A DNA stretch of 64,000 bases from Pseudomonadales bacterium (GTDB taxonomy: Bacteria > Pseudomonadota > Gammaproteobacteria > Pseudomonadales > M0112): positions 82,566-146,565 of the forward strand of contig DATCSK010000010.1 in assembly GCA_036568505.1 (NCBI GenBank), given 5' to 3'. Under the pieces are notes generated by a model. That model saw only the letters and a program-made list of their open reading frames with translations. It was not told where the DNA came from and did no database searches. Every line of letters begins with the position of its first letter. Position 1 is the stretch's first letter. Shown piece by piece: positions 13,190 through 25,937 of the stretch. The position numbers were made by a program, and so were the translations under genes.

Positions 13190-15065
13190 TTTGACGATCT
13201 ACCCGGCCGTGTTTTTTTAAGTGTATCAACAACAAAGAAATGGCCGCCGGCGTTACGCCCGGTATTCGGGCGGCCTGCCCCAATGTCTCTGGTTTGGTTT
13301 TTTCGAGTTTTTGTCGAACTTCATTCGATAACCCGGATACCGCGTTGTAATCCATATTATTAGGAAGACGCGTTGTTTCATTGCGTTGCAAACGATGGAT
13401 CTCTTCTTTCTGGCGATCTATGTAACCGGCGTATTTTATTTCTATCTCTATTTGTTCGCCTATTTCATGGCTTTCTGCTTTGTCTGTTAATAAGGCGACT
13501 TTTCGATAGTCCAGTTCCGGACGTCGTAACAACTCCAATAGAGTCGCTTCTTTGCTGATTGGCGACGCCAGAAGAACATTTACTTTTTTCTCTAACGCAT
13601 GACCTGGATAAACACGAATACCACTTAAGCGGTCTTTTTCTTTTTTTATTCCATCGATTTTTGTATTAAAAACCGACCATCGCTCGTCATTCACTAAACC
13701 AAGTTCGCGGCCTTTGGGTGTCAAACGCTGATCGGCATTATCTTCTCGCAACAAAAGACGGTGTTCTGCCCGGCTGGTAAACATACGGTAGGGCTCGGTG
13801 GTGCCGTGTGTAATCAGATCATCAACCAACACGCCGATGTAGGCCTCATCACGACGTGGGCACCAGGCGTCTTTTTCTTGTATTTTAAGCGCCGCGTTTA
13901 AACCGGCTAACAATCCTTGCGCCGCCGCTTCTTCATAACCGGTGGTGCCATTAATTTGGCCCGCAAAAAACAAATTGTTAATGGCTTTGGTTTCGAGTGA
14001 TGCTTTTAACTGACGCGGATCAAAATAGTCGTATTCAATGGCGTAACCGGGACGCACAATGTGTGCATTCTCCAGCCCTGTAATCGATCGCACAATCTGA
14101 ATTTGCACATCAAACGGCAAACTGGTTGAAATGCCGTTCGGATACACTTCGTGAGTATTTAAACCTTCCGGCTCCAAAAACACCTGATGGCTCGATTTGT
14201 CGGCAAACCGAACAACCTTGTCTTCGATCGACGGACAATAACGCGGTCCAATGCCTTCAATCACACCGGCATACATCGGTGATTGATGAAGATTATCGCG
14301 AATAACCTGGTGCGTTTTTTCTGTGGTATGGGTTATATGGCAGCTGATTTGTCGCGGGTGCTCTTCAACCGAACCTAAAAAAGACATGACCGGTATCGGC
14401 GTATCACCCGGTTGTTCCTGCAGTTGTTGATAATCAATGCTGCGCCCATCAATCCGTGGTGGTGTGCCTGTTTTAAGCCTTCCTACGGTGAACGGTAAAT
14501 CACGCAAACGTTCAGAAAGCCGTTGTGACGGAGGGTCCCCGGCACGACCACCGGGTTGTTGTTGCATACCGATATGAATGCGACCTGCCAGGAAGGTTCC
14601 TGCCGTTAACACCACGCAATGGCTGTAAAAACGGATACCACTGGCCGTCTCTACTCCGGATACCCGATCACCCTTGATGATCAAATCATCAATGGCCTGT
14701 TGAAATAACGATAAATTCGGCTGGTTTTCCAATACTTGCCGAACCGCTGCTTTATAAAGCACCCGATCGGCTTGTGCCCGGGTTGCTCTTACCGCAGGGC
14801 CTTTGCTGGCATTGAGGATTCGAAACTGTATGCCGCCCCGATCCGCTGCCCGAGCCATTACCCCGCCAAGTGCATCGATTTCACGCACCAAATGACTTTT
14901 ACCAATCCCGCCAATGGCAGGGTTGCATGACATCTGGCCCAAGGTTTCGATGTTATGGCTAATCAACAGGGTTTTGACGCCCATGCGCGCAGAAGCTAAA
15001 GCGGCTTCTGTGCCGGCATGACCGCCACCCACCACGATGACATCGAATTGTTCGGGGTAATCCAT
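13182..15065 (-). CDS. mnmG: tRNA uridine 5-carboxymethylaminomethyl modification enzyme MnmG (GidA)
   Basis: Start set at ATG 15065 ([25 protein letters not shown]-binding GxGxxG), preceded by GGAG. This gives 627 aa, like E. coli MnmG. The track start at 15095 is an upstream TTG. Confidence 0.95.
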   Translation of the reverse strand: MDYPEQFDVIVVGGGHAGTEAALASARMGVKTLLISHNIETLGQMSCNPAIGGIGKSHLVREIDALGGVMARAADRGGIQFRILNASKGPAVRATRAQADRVLYKAAVRQVLENQPNLSLFQQAIDDLIIKGDRVSGVETASGIRFYSHCVVLTAGTFLAGRIHIGMQQQPGGRAGDPPSQRLSERLRDLPFTVGRLKTGTPPRIDGRSIDYQQLQEQPGDTPIPVMSFLGSVEEHPRQISCHITHTTEKTHQVIRDNLHQSPMYAGVIEGIGPRYCPSIEDKVVRFADKSSHQVFLEPEGLNTHEVYPNGISTSLPFDVQIQIVRSITGLENAHIVRPGYAIEYDYFDPRQLKASLETKAINNLFFAGQINGTTGYEEAAAQGLLAGLNAALKIQEKDAWCPRRDEAYIGVLVDDLITHGTTEPYRMFTSRAEHRLLLREDNADQRLTPKGRELGLVNDERWSVFNTKIDGIKKEKDRLSGIRVYPGHALEKKVNVLLASPISKEATLLELLRRPELDYRKVALLTDKAESHEIGEQIEIEIKYAGYIDRQKEEIHRLQRNETTRLPNNMDYNAVSGLSNEVRQKLEKTKPETLGQAARIPGVTPAAISLLLIHLKKHGRVDRQIA

Positions 15066-15099
15066 ATCAGCTCCAACCTTCAGGGTTTTCCCCAAAGGG

Positions 15100-15444
15100 G
15101 CGCGGATTATACAGGTGGTTATATTTTGAGCAAAGAAACGGCTTTAATAATAAAACCTATAAAACGTGAAGAGTCTGTCGATGGGTAGGTATTTTATTGT
15201 TACTACTACTAGGCTTGTTGATAACGGTTAAAAATTTAAAATTTGTTATTTTTCAAATAGTTATTTTAAAAAAACGTACGCTTTTTCAGTGTGGAATGCG
15301 GTGACCGATTAGCTAAAGGTGGGGATAAAAAACAGGTTTCAGGGCGTTTGCTTACTGATCCACACCTTTTATCAGGTTATCCACAAGCCGTGAACAAGGC
15401 TTATTTTGAGATAATAAAATTGTGGGTAAAGCGTGGATACCCTG
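15100..15444. other. putative chromosomal replication origin (oriC): DnaA-box cluster plus AT-rich unwinding region
   Basis: Non-coding mnmG-mnmE spacer. One perfect DnaA box, TTATCCACA, at 15377-15385. Four one-mismatch boxes: TGATCCACA 15356-15364, TTATCAACA (rc) 15216-15224, TTATCCCCA (rc) 15320-15328, TTACCCACA (rc) 15421-15429. Two weaker boxes at 15290-15298 and 15432-15440. A strongly AT-rich stretch lies at about 15121-15290 (for example GTTAAAAATTTAAAATTTGTTATTTTTCAAATAGTTATTTTAAAAAAA). Confidence 0.6.
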
Positions 15445-16809
15445 TTATTTACCTATGCAGAAACTGCTGAAAATGCGCCCCAACAATTCATCCGAATAAA
15501 CCGTTCCGGTAATTTCCCCCAGAGTTTTTTGGCATTCTTTCAAATCCTCGGCAACCAGTTCACCGGCAAGGGATTGTTTTAATTGACTTATTGCGCTGTT
15601 GAGGTGGTCTTGGGCGCGTCGCAAGGCATCCAAATGACGTCGTCGTGCCAAGATCGGGTTTTTAATATCCGTCGAAAACCCCAGGGATGACGTGATCATC
15701 TTTTTCAAGTCGCTCATTCCTTCGGCATGCTTGGTGGAAATCGCCACCGCGGAATCGTTAATAAAACCACTGGATAAGCCGGAAAGATCGGTTTTATTAA
15801 AAACAACGCACCATTTTGATGGTGGCGCGGATATGCCGATGCGCTGCCACAAAGTCAGAAGGTCTTCTCCTGGGTGGATCTCAGTTGAATCAACAACCAA
15901 CAACACAAGGTCGGCCGATGCAATCGCTTGATTGGCCCGGCGGATGCCTTCTTGCTCAACGCGATGATCACTTTGTCGCAGGCCGGCGGTATCCAATAAA
16001 TGAACAGGGATGCCATCGAGGTTGATGTGTTCTTTTAAAATATCCCGGGTTGTCCCGGGCATATCGGTAACGATGGCCGCTTCGTGGCCGGTCAAATAAT
16101 TTAAAAGACTCGATTTGCCGGCATTGGGTTTGCCGGCAATCACCACGGTCGCCCCCTCCCTTAATAAACGCCCACTGTCAGCCCGCTGAACAATACTTTG
16201 CAGTTGTTGTTGGCTTTGTTCAAGGGAGTGTAAAAGCGCATCATCGGCAAGAAAATCGATGTCTTCATCCGAGAAATCCAGTGCGGCTTCAATAAAAACC
16301 CGAATGCGGGTAATGGACTCGACTAACTCAAAAACTTCGGTAGAAAACTGGCCGCTCAAAGAAATTAACGCCGAGCGGGCCGCGTCTTCGGTCGCACTGT
16401 CAATCAGATCGGCAATGGCTTCTGCTTGGGCAAGATCAAGCTTGTCATTCAAGAAAGCGCGCTCACTGAACTCGCCGGGCGATGCTATACGAGCACCGGC
16501 GGCCAGAACGGCTTGCAGTAAGCGATCCATAACAACCGCACCACCATGACCATGCAATTCAATAATGTCTTCGCCGGTAAACGAATGCGGGGCGGGGAAA
16601 AACAAAACCAACCCAAAATCGATCAGGCCATCGGGCGCATCGGAGTGATTGATAAAAAAGCGTTTGAAAGAAGCTTGGCGCGGAGCAGGAATAGCACCGG
16701 TTATGCGGTTGCTGATGGTTGTCGATAAAGGCCCGGAAATCCGCACAATACCGACACCGCCGCGGCCGGGCGGTGTGGCAATGGCAGCGATGGTATCGGT
16801 GGTGGCCAT
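15445..16809 (-). CDS. mnmE: tRNA modification GTPase MnmE (TrmE)
   Basis: Start set at ATG 16809 ([26 protein letters not shown], against E. coli [26 protein letters not shown]), giving 454 aa. G1 motif GKPNAGKSS and C-terminal CIGK. The track start at 16821 is a GTG 4 codons upstream. Confidence 0.95.
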   Translation of the reverse strand: [454 protein letters not shown]

Positions 16810-16828
16810 CGATAACGCCACGGGCGCC

Positions 16829-18532
16829 TTAAGCGCCGGCAGCAGCCCGTTCGATGTTGCGCGTGATCACCCATTGCTGGGTTATCGAGAGCAGGTTGTT
16901 CACAACCCAGTACAACACCAAACCGGCCGGGAACCACAAGAAGAAGACGGTGAAGACAACCGGCATCCACTGCATGATTTTTGCCTGCATGGGGTCGGGC
17001 GGCGGCGGGTTCAGTTTTTGCTGGAAGAACATGCTGGCACCCATAATCAGCGGCATGATGAAATAAGGATCCATTGCCGACAGATCGTGGATATAGCCAA
17101 TAAACGGCGCATGCCGCAGTTCCACGCTTTCTAAAAGCACCCAATACAAAGCAATAAAAACCGGCATTTGAATCAGAATGGGCAAGCAGCCGCCGAGCGG
17201 GTTGATTTTTTCTTTACGGTACAACTCCATCATGGCCTGCGACATTTTTTGTTTGTCGTCGCCGTAGCGTTCTTTTAATTCCACCAGTTTGGGTTGAACA
17301 CGCCGCATATTGGCCATGGAGCGATAGCTGGCGGCCGATAAAGGGAAAAACAACGCTTTAACAAGAACGGTTAACCCGATAATGGCAAAGCCCCAGTTGC
17401 CAAAAATACCGTATAAGAAAGTAAGCACCCAAAACAATGGCTGTGCTATCCACCAAAGCCAGCCGTAATCAACGCTCAGATCCAGGTTCTCGGCAATGGT
17501 TTCTAGGGAATACTGATCTTTAGGGCCAAGATACAACGATGCGTTGATAATGCCTTCGGAGCCCGGCTGCACAGCGATTAACGGCATGGTGAAGCGAGCA
17601 TAATTAAACGCATTGCTTTGAAACGCGGAGTAATCAACGGCCACGCCTTTTTCGGGAATCCAGGCACTTAAAAAATAATGCTGGATAACAGCAATCCAAC
17701 CATCGTTTTTACGGGTCGCAAATGGATCGTCCGGGAGTTTTTTGAAAGCCTCTTTATAAAAGCGATCTTCATCGGTTGTACTCGCAATACCAAGGAAGGG
17801 CTGCACGCCCAGACTTCCACCACCTGCGGCAGAAGGATCAGCCGAGGAGTCGCGTTTGAGCTGGCCATACAAGGCAGCCTGCCAAAGCTGGTTGCTTTGG
17901 TTGTTAATTAAGTAGCTCATCCGGATTTGGTAGCTGCCGCGCGCCAACGTGAAGCGTTTGGTCAGGGTGACGCCGGGGGCTTGTTCAAACACCAAATCAA
18001 CGTGCAGTTGTTCGTCGGTATCACCTAAGGTATACGTCGATGCGGCAGCAGAAAACAAAGGCCGTGCGGTGGCGGTATCGGTGCCTTGTGGGCCAACGAG
18101 ACCGCTTTGTGCCACATAAGTCAGGGTTGGTGTTTTCTCAAGCAACACAAACGGCTGGTCGGGCGTGTCCAGCCGGGCAAGGTATTGCGGTAGCGTGGCG
18201 CGGATAATGTCGCCGCCTTGCAAGTCGATGGATAAATCGAGCACATCGGAAGTGACGCGAACAACGGATGATGCCGGCGTGAAGGCAGCGGTTGCCGATT
18301 CATCGTTTTTAAATTGGGGAACATCGCCGGGCGTTATCACTGTCGCGGCGGCAGGTTGTGGCAACGCAACCGGCACGGCCGTTGCAGCAGGCGCTTCTGC
18401 TGTTACGTTGTTTGCGAGAATGGTGTTGCGCTGCTGTTCGTTTTTAAACTGGTTGAACTCAACCAGTAACATAAAGCCGACGGCGGCAATGGCGGCAAGC
18501 AAGACATAACGAGACAAATTAGCGGTATTCAT
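16829..18532 (-). CDS. yidC: membrane protein insertase YidC
   Basis: Start set at ATG 18532 (MNTANLSRYVLLAAIAAVGFMLL...), giving 567 aa. Large periplasmic domain followed by the conserved C-terminal TM core (...GCLPILIQMPVFIALYWVL...). The track start is an upstream in-frame extension over yidD. Confidence 0.94.
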   Translation of the reverse strand: MNTANLSRYVLLAAIAAVGFMLLVEFNQFKNEQQRNTILANNVTAEAPAATAVPVALPQPAAATVITPGDVPQFKNDESATAAFTPASSVVRVTSDVLDLSIDLQGGDIIRATLPQYLARLDTPDQPFVLLEKTPTLTYVAQSGLVGPQGTDTATARPLFSAAASTYTLGDTDEQLHVDLVFEQAPGVTLTKRFTLARGSYQIRMSYLINNQSNQLWQAALYGQLKRDSSADPSAAGGGSLGVQPFLGIASTTDEDRFYKEAFKKLPDDPFATRKNDGWIAVIQHYFLSAWIPEKGVAVDYSAFQSNAFNYARFTMPLIAVQPGSEGIINASLYLGPKDQYSLETIAENLDLSVDYGWLWWIAQPLFWVLTFLYGIFGNWGFAIIGLTVLVKALFFPLSAASYRSMANMRRVQPKLVELKERYGDDKQKMSQAMMELYRKEKINPLGGCLPILIQMPVFIALYWVLLESVELRHAPFIGYIHDLSAMDPYFIMPLIMGASMFFQQKLNPPPPDPMQAKIMQWMPVVFTVFFLWFPAGLVLYWVVNNLLSITQQWVITRNIERAAAGA

Positions 18533-18780
18533 GCGGCAGACTTCCGTGAGCAATGATGGTGTTGAGCGGGCGGCACCGGGTCCAAACCACCTTCGCACCA
18601 GGGGTGGCAACGGGACAGGCGTTTGATGGCGAACCACGAACCTCGCAAACCGCCGTGGATTTCAAGTGCCTCGAGCGCATATTCAGAACAACTGGGATGA
18701 AAACGGCAATGCTGCCCAAGCCAGGGGCGCAACAACATGCGGTAAGCAAGGATCAGGAAGCGGACGCTTTTTTTCATCAT
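18529..18780 (-). CDS. yidD: membrane protein insertion efficiency factor YidD
   Basis: 83 aa with the YidD signature CRFHPSCSEYALEAL...G...RLSRCHPW. Overlaps the yidC start (ATGA) and the rnpA stop. Confidence 0.9.
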   Translation of the reverse strand: MMKKSVRFLILAYRMLLRPWLGQHCRFHPSCSEYALEALEIHGGLRGSWFAIKRLSRCHPWCEGGLDPVPPAQHHHCSRKSAA

Positions 18781-19160
18781 GACCGAACTTCCGTGGCAAA
18801 AGAGAGTATGCGTTGTTGGGCGTCACGCCAGAGCCGGTCAAGCTCCGCGTTCAATGCCGGATTGCTTACGGCAACAACCCCCGGTCGGGTCATTACCACG
18901 TAATCATAACAACCCAACGCCCGTTGGTTTTTTCGGAATGATTCTCGAGCTATGCGTTTGATGCGATTGCGGTCAACCGATCGACGCGCATTTTTGCGTG
19001 CGACAATTAAGCCGAGTCGCGCCATGCCTGCGGTGCGAGAGCGCACAAGAATAACAAGGCTGGCAGAAGAAAGTCGGAAAGAAACCCGGTTGAAAACTTG
19101 CTTGAAGTCGTAAGGCGTCAGCAATCGTGCCGCTTTGCAAAACGCCTGCGTGTGGCTCAT
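18777..19160 (-). CDS. rnpA: ribonuclease P protein component
   Basis: 127-aa basic protein with ...LGLIVARKNARRSVDRNRIKRIARESFR (RNR motif); lies directly downstream of rpmH. Confidence 0.92.
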   Translation of the reverse strand: MSHTQAFCKAARLLTPYDFKQVFNRVSFRLSSASLVILVRSRTAGMARLGLIVARKNARRSVDRNRIKRIARESFRKNQRALGCYDYVVMTRPGVVAVSNPALNAELDRLWRDAQQRILSFATEVRS

Positions 19161-19189
19161 AACACGCTCATCGCAGGGTGCAAGATCGC

Positions 19190-19330
19190 TCAGACAGCGA
19201 CCAGCACCTTGCGGCCTTTGGCGCGGCGACGGTTCAACACCAGTCGGCCGTTCTTGGTAGCCATGCGAGCACGAAACCCGTGGGCGCGTTTGCGCTTGAG
19301 CACGCTAGGCTGAAACGTTCTTTTACTCAT
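19190..19330 (-). CDS. rpmH: 50S ribosomal protein L34
   Basis: Not in the track because it is under 60 aa. Hand translation from ATG 19330 gives [46 protein letters not shown], which is canonical L34. GGAG lies 9 nt upstream. Confidence 0.95.
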   Translation of the reverse strand: MSKRTFQPSVLKRKRAHGFRARMATKNGRLVLNRRRAKGRKVLVAV

Positions 19331-19398
19331 TATCCTGACTCCGTCGTCGCGCGGCTCGTTAGGAGCCGGGGCGCTAACCCTTTGAAAAAAGAGGGCGG

Positions 19399-19427
19399 AT
19401 TTTAGAGAATCCCGGCTCGCAAGGCAA
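19399..19427 (-). promoter_or_regulatory. putative sigma70 promoter of rpmH-rnpA-yidD-yidC
   Basis: The minus strand reads TTGCCT (19427-19422), a 17-nt spacer, then TAAAAT (19404-19399), about 70 nt upstream of rpmH. Confidence 0.45.
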
Positions 19428-19571
19428 GTGACGCAACCGGATTAGCAGGGGGTTTTTTTAATGGGGGGACGGATGGGCGCCCGAGCAGCAAAACAACAAA
19501 TCAGGAAAAACCGTAGCGAGAACACAGACTTGCAAAAAACCAAACATAAAACAAACAACATACTAACAGAC

Positions 19572-19580
19572 TTATACACA
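19572..19580 (+). promoter_or_regulatory. DnaA box (R2-type TTATACACA) upstream of dnaA
   Basis: Exact TTATACACA. It is the only good box I find in the rpmH-dnaA spacer. Confidence 0.4.
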
Positions 19581-19693
19581 GGTTGTGTGTTCGGAGCTTC
19601 TCATCCGCGGCCAACGCAAATAAACGTAACACATTGTTTTTAATAAACAAATAGTTAATAAGCCGGAAGAAAAGGGTGTGCAGCCTTAAGCGC

Positions 19694-19721
19694 TTGAAAG
19701 TTTTCCAGAAAGTTATACAAT
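19694..19721 (+). promoter_or_regulatory. putative dnaA promoter
   Basis: TTGAAA (19694-19699), a 16-nt spacer, then TACAAT (19716-19721), about 74 nt upstream of the dnaA GTG. A DnaA-box-like TTATACAAT (19713-19721) overlaps the -10, which would fit autoregulation. Confidence 0.4.
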
Positions 19722-19794
19722 GCACGACCCGCGTATAAAGACGCAGGGAAAATAACAAAAAGCACCCCATTTCTTGGCATAGGCGGCACCTCTT

Positions 19795-21171
19795 GTGATT
19801 CATCCGGCTTGGGAAGATTGTCTGGATCGCCTGCAGGCGGAATTGCCCGCTACCCAATTTAATATCTGGATTCAGCCCCTGCGCCCCAATATGGAGGGCA
19901 AGCGCTTGCGTTTGCTTGCACCAAACCGGTACATCCGCGATTGGGTGGCCGAGCGTTACTTGAACCGCATCGCCGAACTGGTGCGTGAAATCAGTGCCGG
20001 CGAGCTGGCCAGCGTGGATTTGGGCGTCAGCGAAGCGCCGGGCCCGGTGACTGCGGCGACACCAGCGGGTTTGACCGACGCCAGGAAGGCCGAGCCGCAG
20101 GCGATTCGACGCGCGCCGATGCCCATTAACACGCCCGGCGGATTGCGACACACCAATGTGCTGGAAACCCAGTACACCTTCGATAATTTTGTGGAAGGCA
20201 AATCAAACGCGTTGGCGCTAGCGGCCTCTCGACAGGTGGTTGAAAACCCGGGCGGCGCGTACAACCCGCTGTATATTTACGGTGGTGTTGGGTTGGGGAA
20301 AACGCACTTGATGCATGCGATTGGCAATGCATTGATCGCATCGAACCCGGATGCCAAGGTGCTGTATCTGCGTTCCGAGCAGTTTGTTTCGTACATGGTG
20401 AAGGCGATCGAGCTTGGAGCCATGGCCGACTTCCAAAAATACTTTCGTTCACAAGACGTGTTGTTGATTGACGATATCCAGTTTTTAGCCAAAAAAGACC
20501 GCTCGCAAGAAGAATTTTTCCATACCTTTAATGCGCTGTTTGAGGGTGGTCAGCAGATGATTTTTACCTGCGATCGCTACCCGCGAGAAATTTCCGGTCT
20601 GGAGGAGCGCTTAAAATCCCGCTTTGGCTGGGGCCTGCCGGTGGCCGTTGAGCCGCCGGAGCTGGAAACGCGGGCGGCCATTTTAATGCGCAAGGCAGCG
20701 CAAGCCGGCGTAGAGCTGCCTCAGGACAGCGCTCTTTTTATGGCGCAGAAAATCCGTGCCAATGTTCGCGAGCTTGAAGGTGCGCTTACCCGGGTGATAG
20801 CGAGCGCCCGCTTCACGCACAGGCCTCTGGATGTTGGTCTGGTGCGCGAGTCATTAAAGGATTTGCTGGCCGTCCACGATCGCATGATCAGCATGGACAA
20901 TATTCAGCGCACGGTGGCCGAGTACTACAAAATCCGGGTGGCCGATTTGAGCTCGAAACGGCGCAACCGGTCGATTGCGCGCCCGCGTCAGGTCGCGATG
21001 GCGCTAGCCAAGGAATTGACGAATCACAGCTTGCCGGAAATAGGCGATAGTTTTGGTGGGCGTGATCACACGACCGTATTGCACGCGTGTCGAAAAGTTG
21101 AAGAATTAAAAGAAACCACTAGCGAAATACGTGAAGATTACAATAATCTCTTACGGTTGCTGACCACTTAA
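19795..21171 (+). CDS. dnaA: chromosomal replication initiator protein DnaA
   Basis: 458 aa with a GTG start. N-terminus ...[27 protein letters not shown]+ Walker [14 protein letters not shown], and a C-terminal DNA-binding domain (...[16 protein letters not shown]...). Confidence 0.96.
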   Translation: MIHPAWEDCLDRLQAELPATQFNIWIQPLRPNMEGKRLRLLAPNRYIRDWVAERYLNRIAELVREISAGELASVDLGVSEAPGPVTAATPAGLTDARKAEPQAIRRAPMPINTPGGLRHTNVLETQYTFDNFVEGKSNALALAASRQVVENPGGAYNPLYIYGGVGLGKTHLMHAIGNALIASNPDAKVLYLRSEQFVSYMVKAIELGAMADFQKYFRSQDVLLIDDIQFLAKKDRSQEEFFHTFNALFEGGQQMIFTCDRYPREISGLEERLKSRFGWGLPVAVEPPELETRAAILMRKAAQAGVELPQDSALFMAQKIRANVRELEGALTRVIASARFTHRPLDVGLVRESLKDLLAVHDRMISMDNIQRTVAEYYKIRVADLSSKRRNRSIARPRQVAMALAKELTNHSLPEIGDSFGGRDHTTVLHACRKVEELKETTSEIREDYNNLLRLLTT

Positions 21172-21200
21172 TTGAATCGACCCCTATCACGGATTGAAGC

Positions 21201-22313
21201 ATGAAATTCCAGATTAGCCGCGAAGCCTTATTAAAGCCCCTCACCCTGGTTGCCGGTGTTGTTGAGCGCCGTCAAACCCTGCCTATTTTAGCGAATGCCC
21301 GCCTGGATCTTGATGGCAGCAACTTGTCGCTGACGGGTACCGATCTTGAAGTTGAGATGACTGGCCGGGTGGCGTTGGAAGGCGCGGCCGATGCCGGTCA
21401 GCTCACCGCCCCGGCACGTAAATTACTGGATATTTGTAAAGCATTACCGGAGGGCAGCACGCTGACCTTTGCCTTGAAAGACGAAAACCGCCTGCAAATC
21501 ACCAGCGGGCGCAGCCGTTTTTCGTTGACGACCTTGCCGGCCAGCGATTTCCCCGGCGTTGAGGAAGGTCAGGAAGACTTCCAGTTACAGGTATCGCAGG
21601 GTGAGTTGCGGCATTTGATCGAGCGCACCGCGTTTGCGATGGCGCAGCAGGATGTCCGCTACTACCTGAACGGCATGCTCTGGGAGGTTAGTAAGGGCCA
21701 ACTACGCGTGGTAGCCACTGATGGCCACCGGTTGGCGATGAGCATTTATAAATCCGACAGCATCCAGTCCGAGGGTCGCCATCAGTTGATTGTGCCGCGC
21801 AAAGGGGTACTGGAGCTGCAGCGCTTGTTAACGAACGACGAAAGTCCGGTAACCCTGGTGTTTGGCAAAAACCACGTGCGTGCCATCACCAGCGAATTCA
21901 CGTTCACCTCCAAGTTGGTGGACGGCAAGTTCCCCGATTACGAGCGTGTTTTACCCAAGGGCGGTACCAAGCACGTTGACGCGCCGCGCGAGGCTTTGCG
22001 CCAGGCCTTGGGGCGGGTCGCTATTTTGTCGAACGAAAAATACCGGGGTGTGCGCGTGATCCTGTCAGAAAATCAGATGCAGGTGCTGGCCAATAACCCG
22101 GAGCAAGAAGAAGCCGAGGAATCCGTGGCAGTGACGTATAAAGGATCGGGTCTGGAGATCGGTTTTAACGTCAGTTATTTGCTGGACGTGACCGGGGTAT
22201 TGACCGATGAGCAGGTGCGCCTGACCTTGTCGGATTCCAATAGCAGCGCGCTGATCGAGAGCGCCTCTGGCGATGGCAGCTCGGTGTATGTTGTTATGCC
22301 GATGCGGCTGTAA
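21201..22313 (+). CDS. dnaN: DNA polymerase III subunit beta (sliding clamp)
   Basis: 370 aa, MKFQISREALLKPL...; C-terminus ...VYVVMPMRL is typical of DnaN; position after dnaA. Confidence 0.96.
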   Translation: MKFQISREALLKPLTLVAGVVERRQTLPILANARLDLDGSNLSLTGTDLEVEMTGRVALEGAADAGQLTAPARKLLDICKALPEGSTLTFALKDENRLQITSGRSRFSLTTLPASDFPGVEEGQEDFQLQVSQGELRHLIERTAFAMAQQDVRYYLNGMLWEVSKGQLRVVATDGHRLAMSIYKSDSIQSEGRHQLIVPRKGVLELQRLLTNDESPVTLVFGKNHVRAITSEFTFTSKLVDGKFPDYERVLPKGGTKHVDAPREALRQALGRVAILSNEKYRGVRVILSENQMQVLANNPEQEEAEESVAVTYKGSGLEIGFNVSYLLDVTGVLTDEQVRLTLSDSNSSALIESASGDGSSVYVVMPMRL

Positions 22314-22321
22314 TTTTGTCA

Positions 22322-22340
22322 GGGCGGGCGCGTCCCGCCC
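22322..22340 (+). promoter_or_regulatory. GC-rich stem-loop in the dnaN-recF junction
   Basis: GGGCGGG-CGCGT-CCCGCCC (7-bp stem) begins 9 nt after the dnaN stop and ends 11 nt before the recF ATG. No U-tract follows. Confidence 0.35.
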
Positions 22341-22351
22341 TATCCCCTTCT

Positions 22352-25884
<3,533 letters not shown>

Positions 25885-25896
25885 GAAAAAGCACAT

Positions 25897-25925
25897 AAAA
25901 AACGGCCTCTCGGGGCCGTTTTTTA
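25897..25925. terminator. bidirectional rho-independent terminator (gyrB / acyltransferase gene)
   Basis: AAAAAACGGCC-TCTCGG-GGCCGTTTTTT: a 7-bp stem flanked by an A-tract and a T-tract, between two convergent genes. Confidence 0.8.
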
Positions 25926-25937
25926 TGTTGTTTGATA

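Noticed and set aside
19331-19794. rpmH-dnaA spacer as the primary oriC (the Pseudomonas paradigm)
   Set aside because: I find only one good DnaA box (TTATACACA) and no pronounced AT-rich unwinding block, compared with five or more boxes plus an AT-rich tract at 15100-15444. It is not excluded, and is kept as a separate low-interest finding.
19501-20151. 216-aa minus-strand ORF spanning the dnaA promoter region and the dnaA 5' end
   Set aside because: It is antisense to a securely identified dnaA. Its translation is low-complexity and Arg/Leu/Phe-rich with no motifs, and part of it lies in the A/C-rich non-coding tract.
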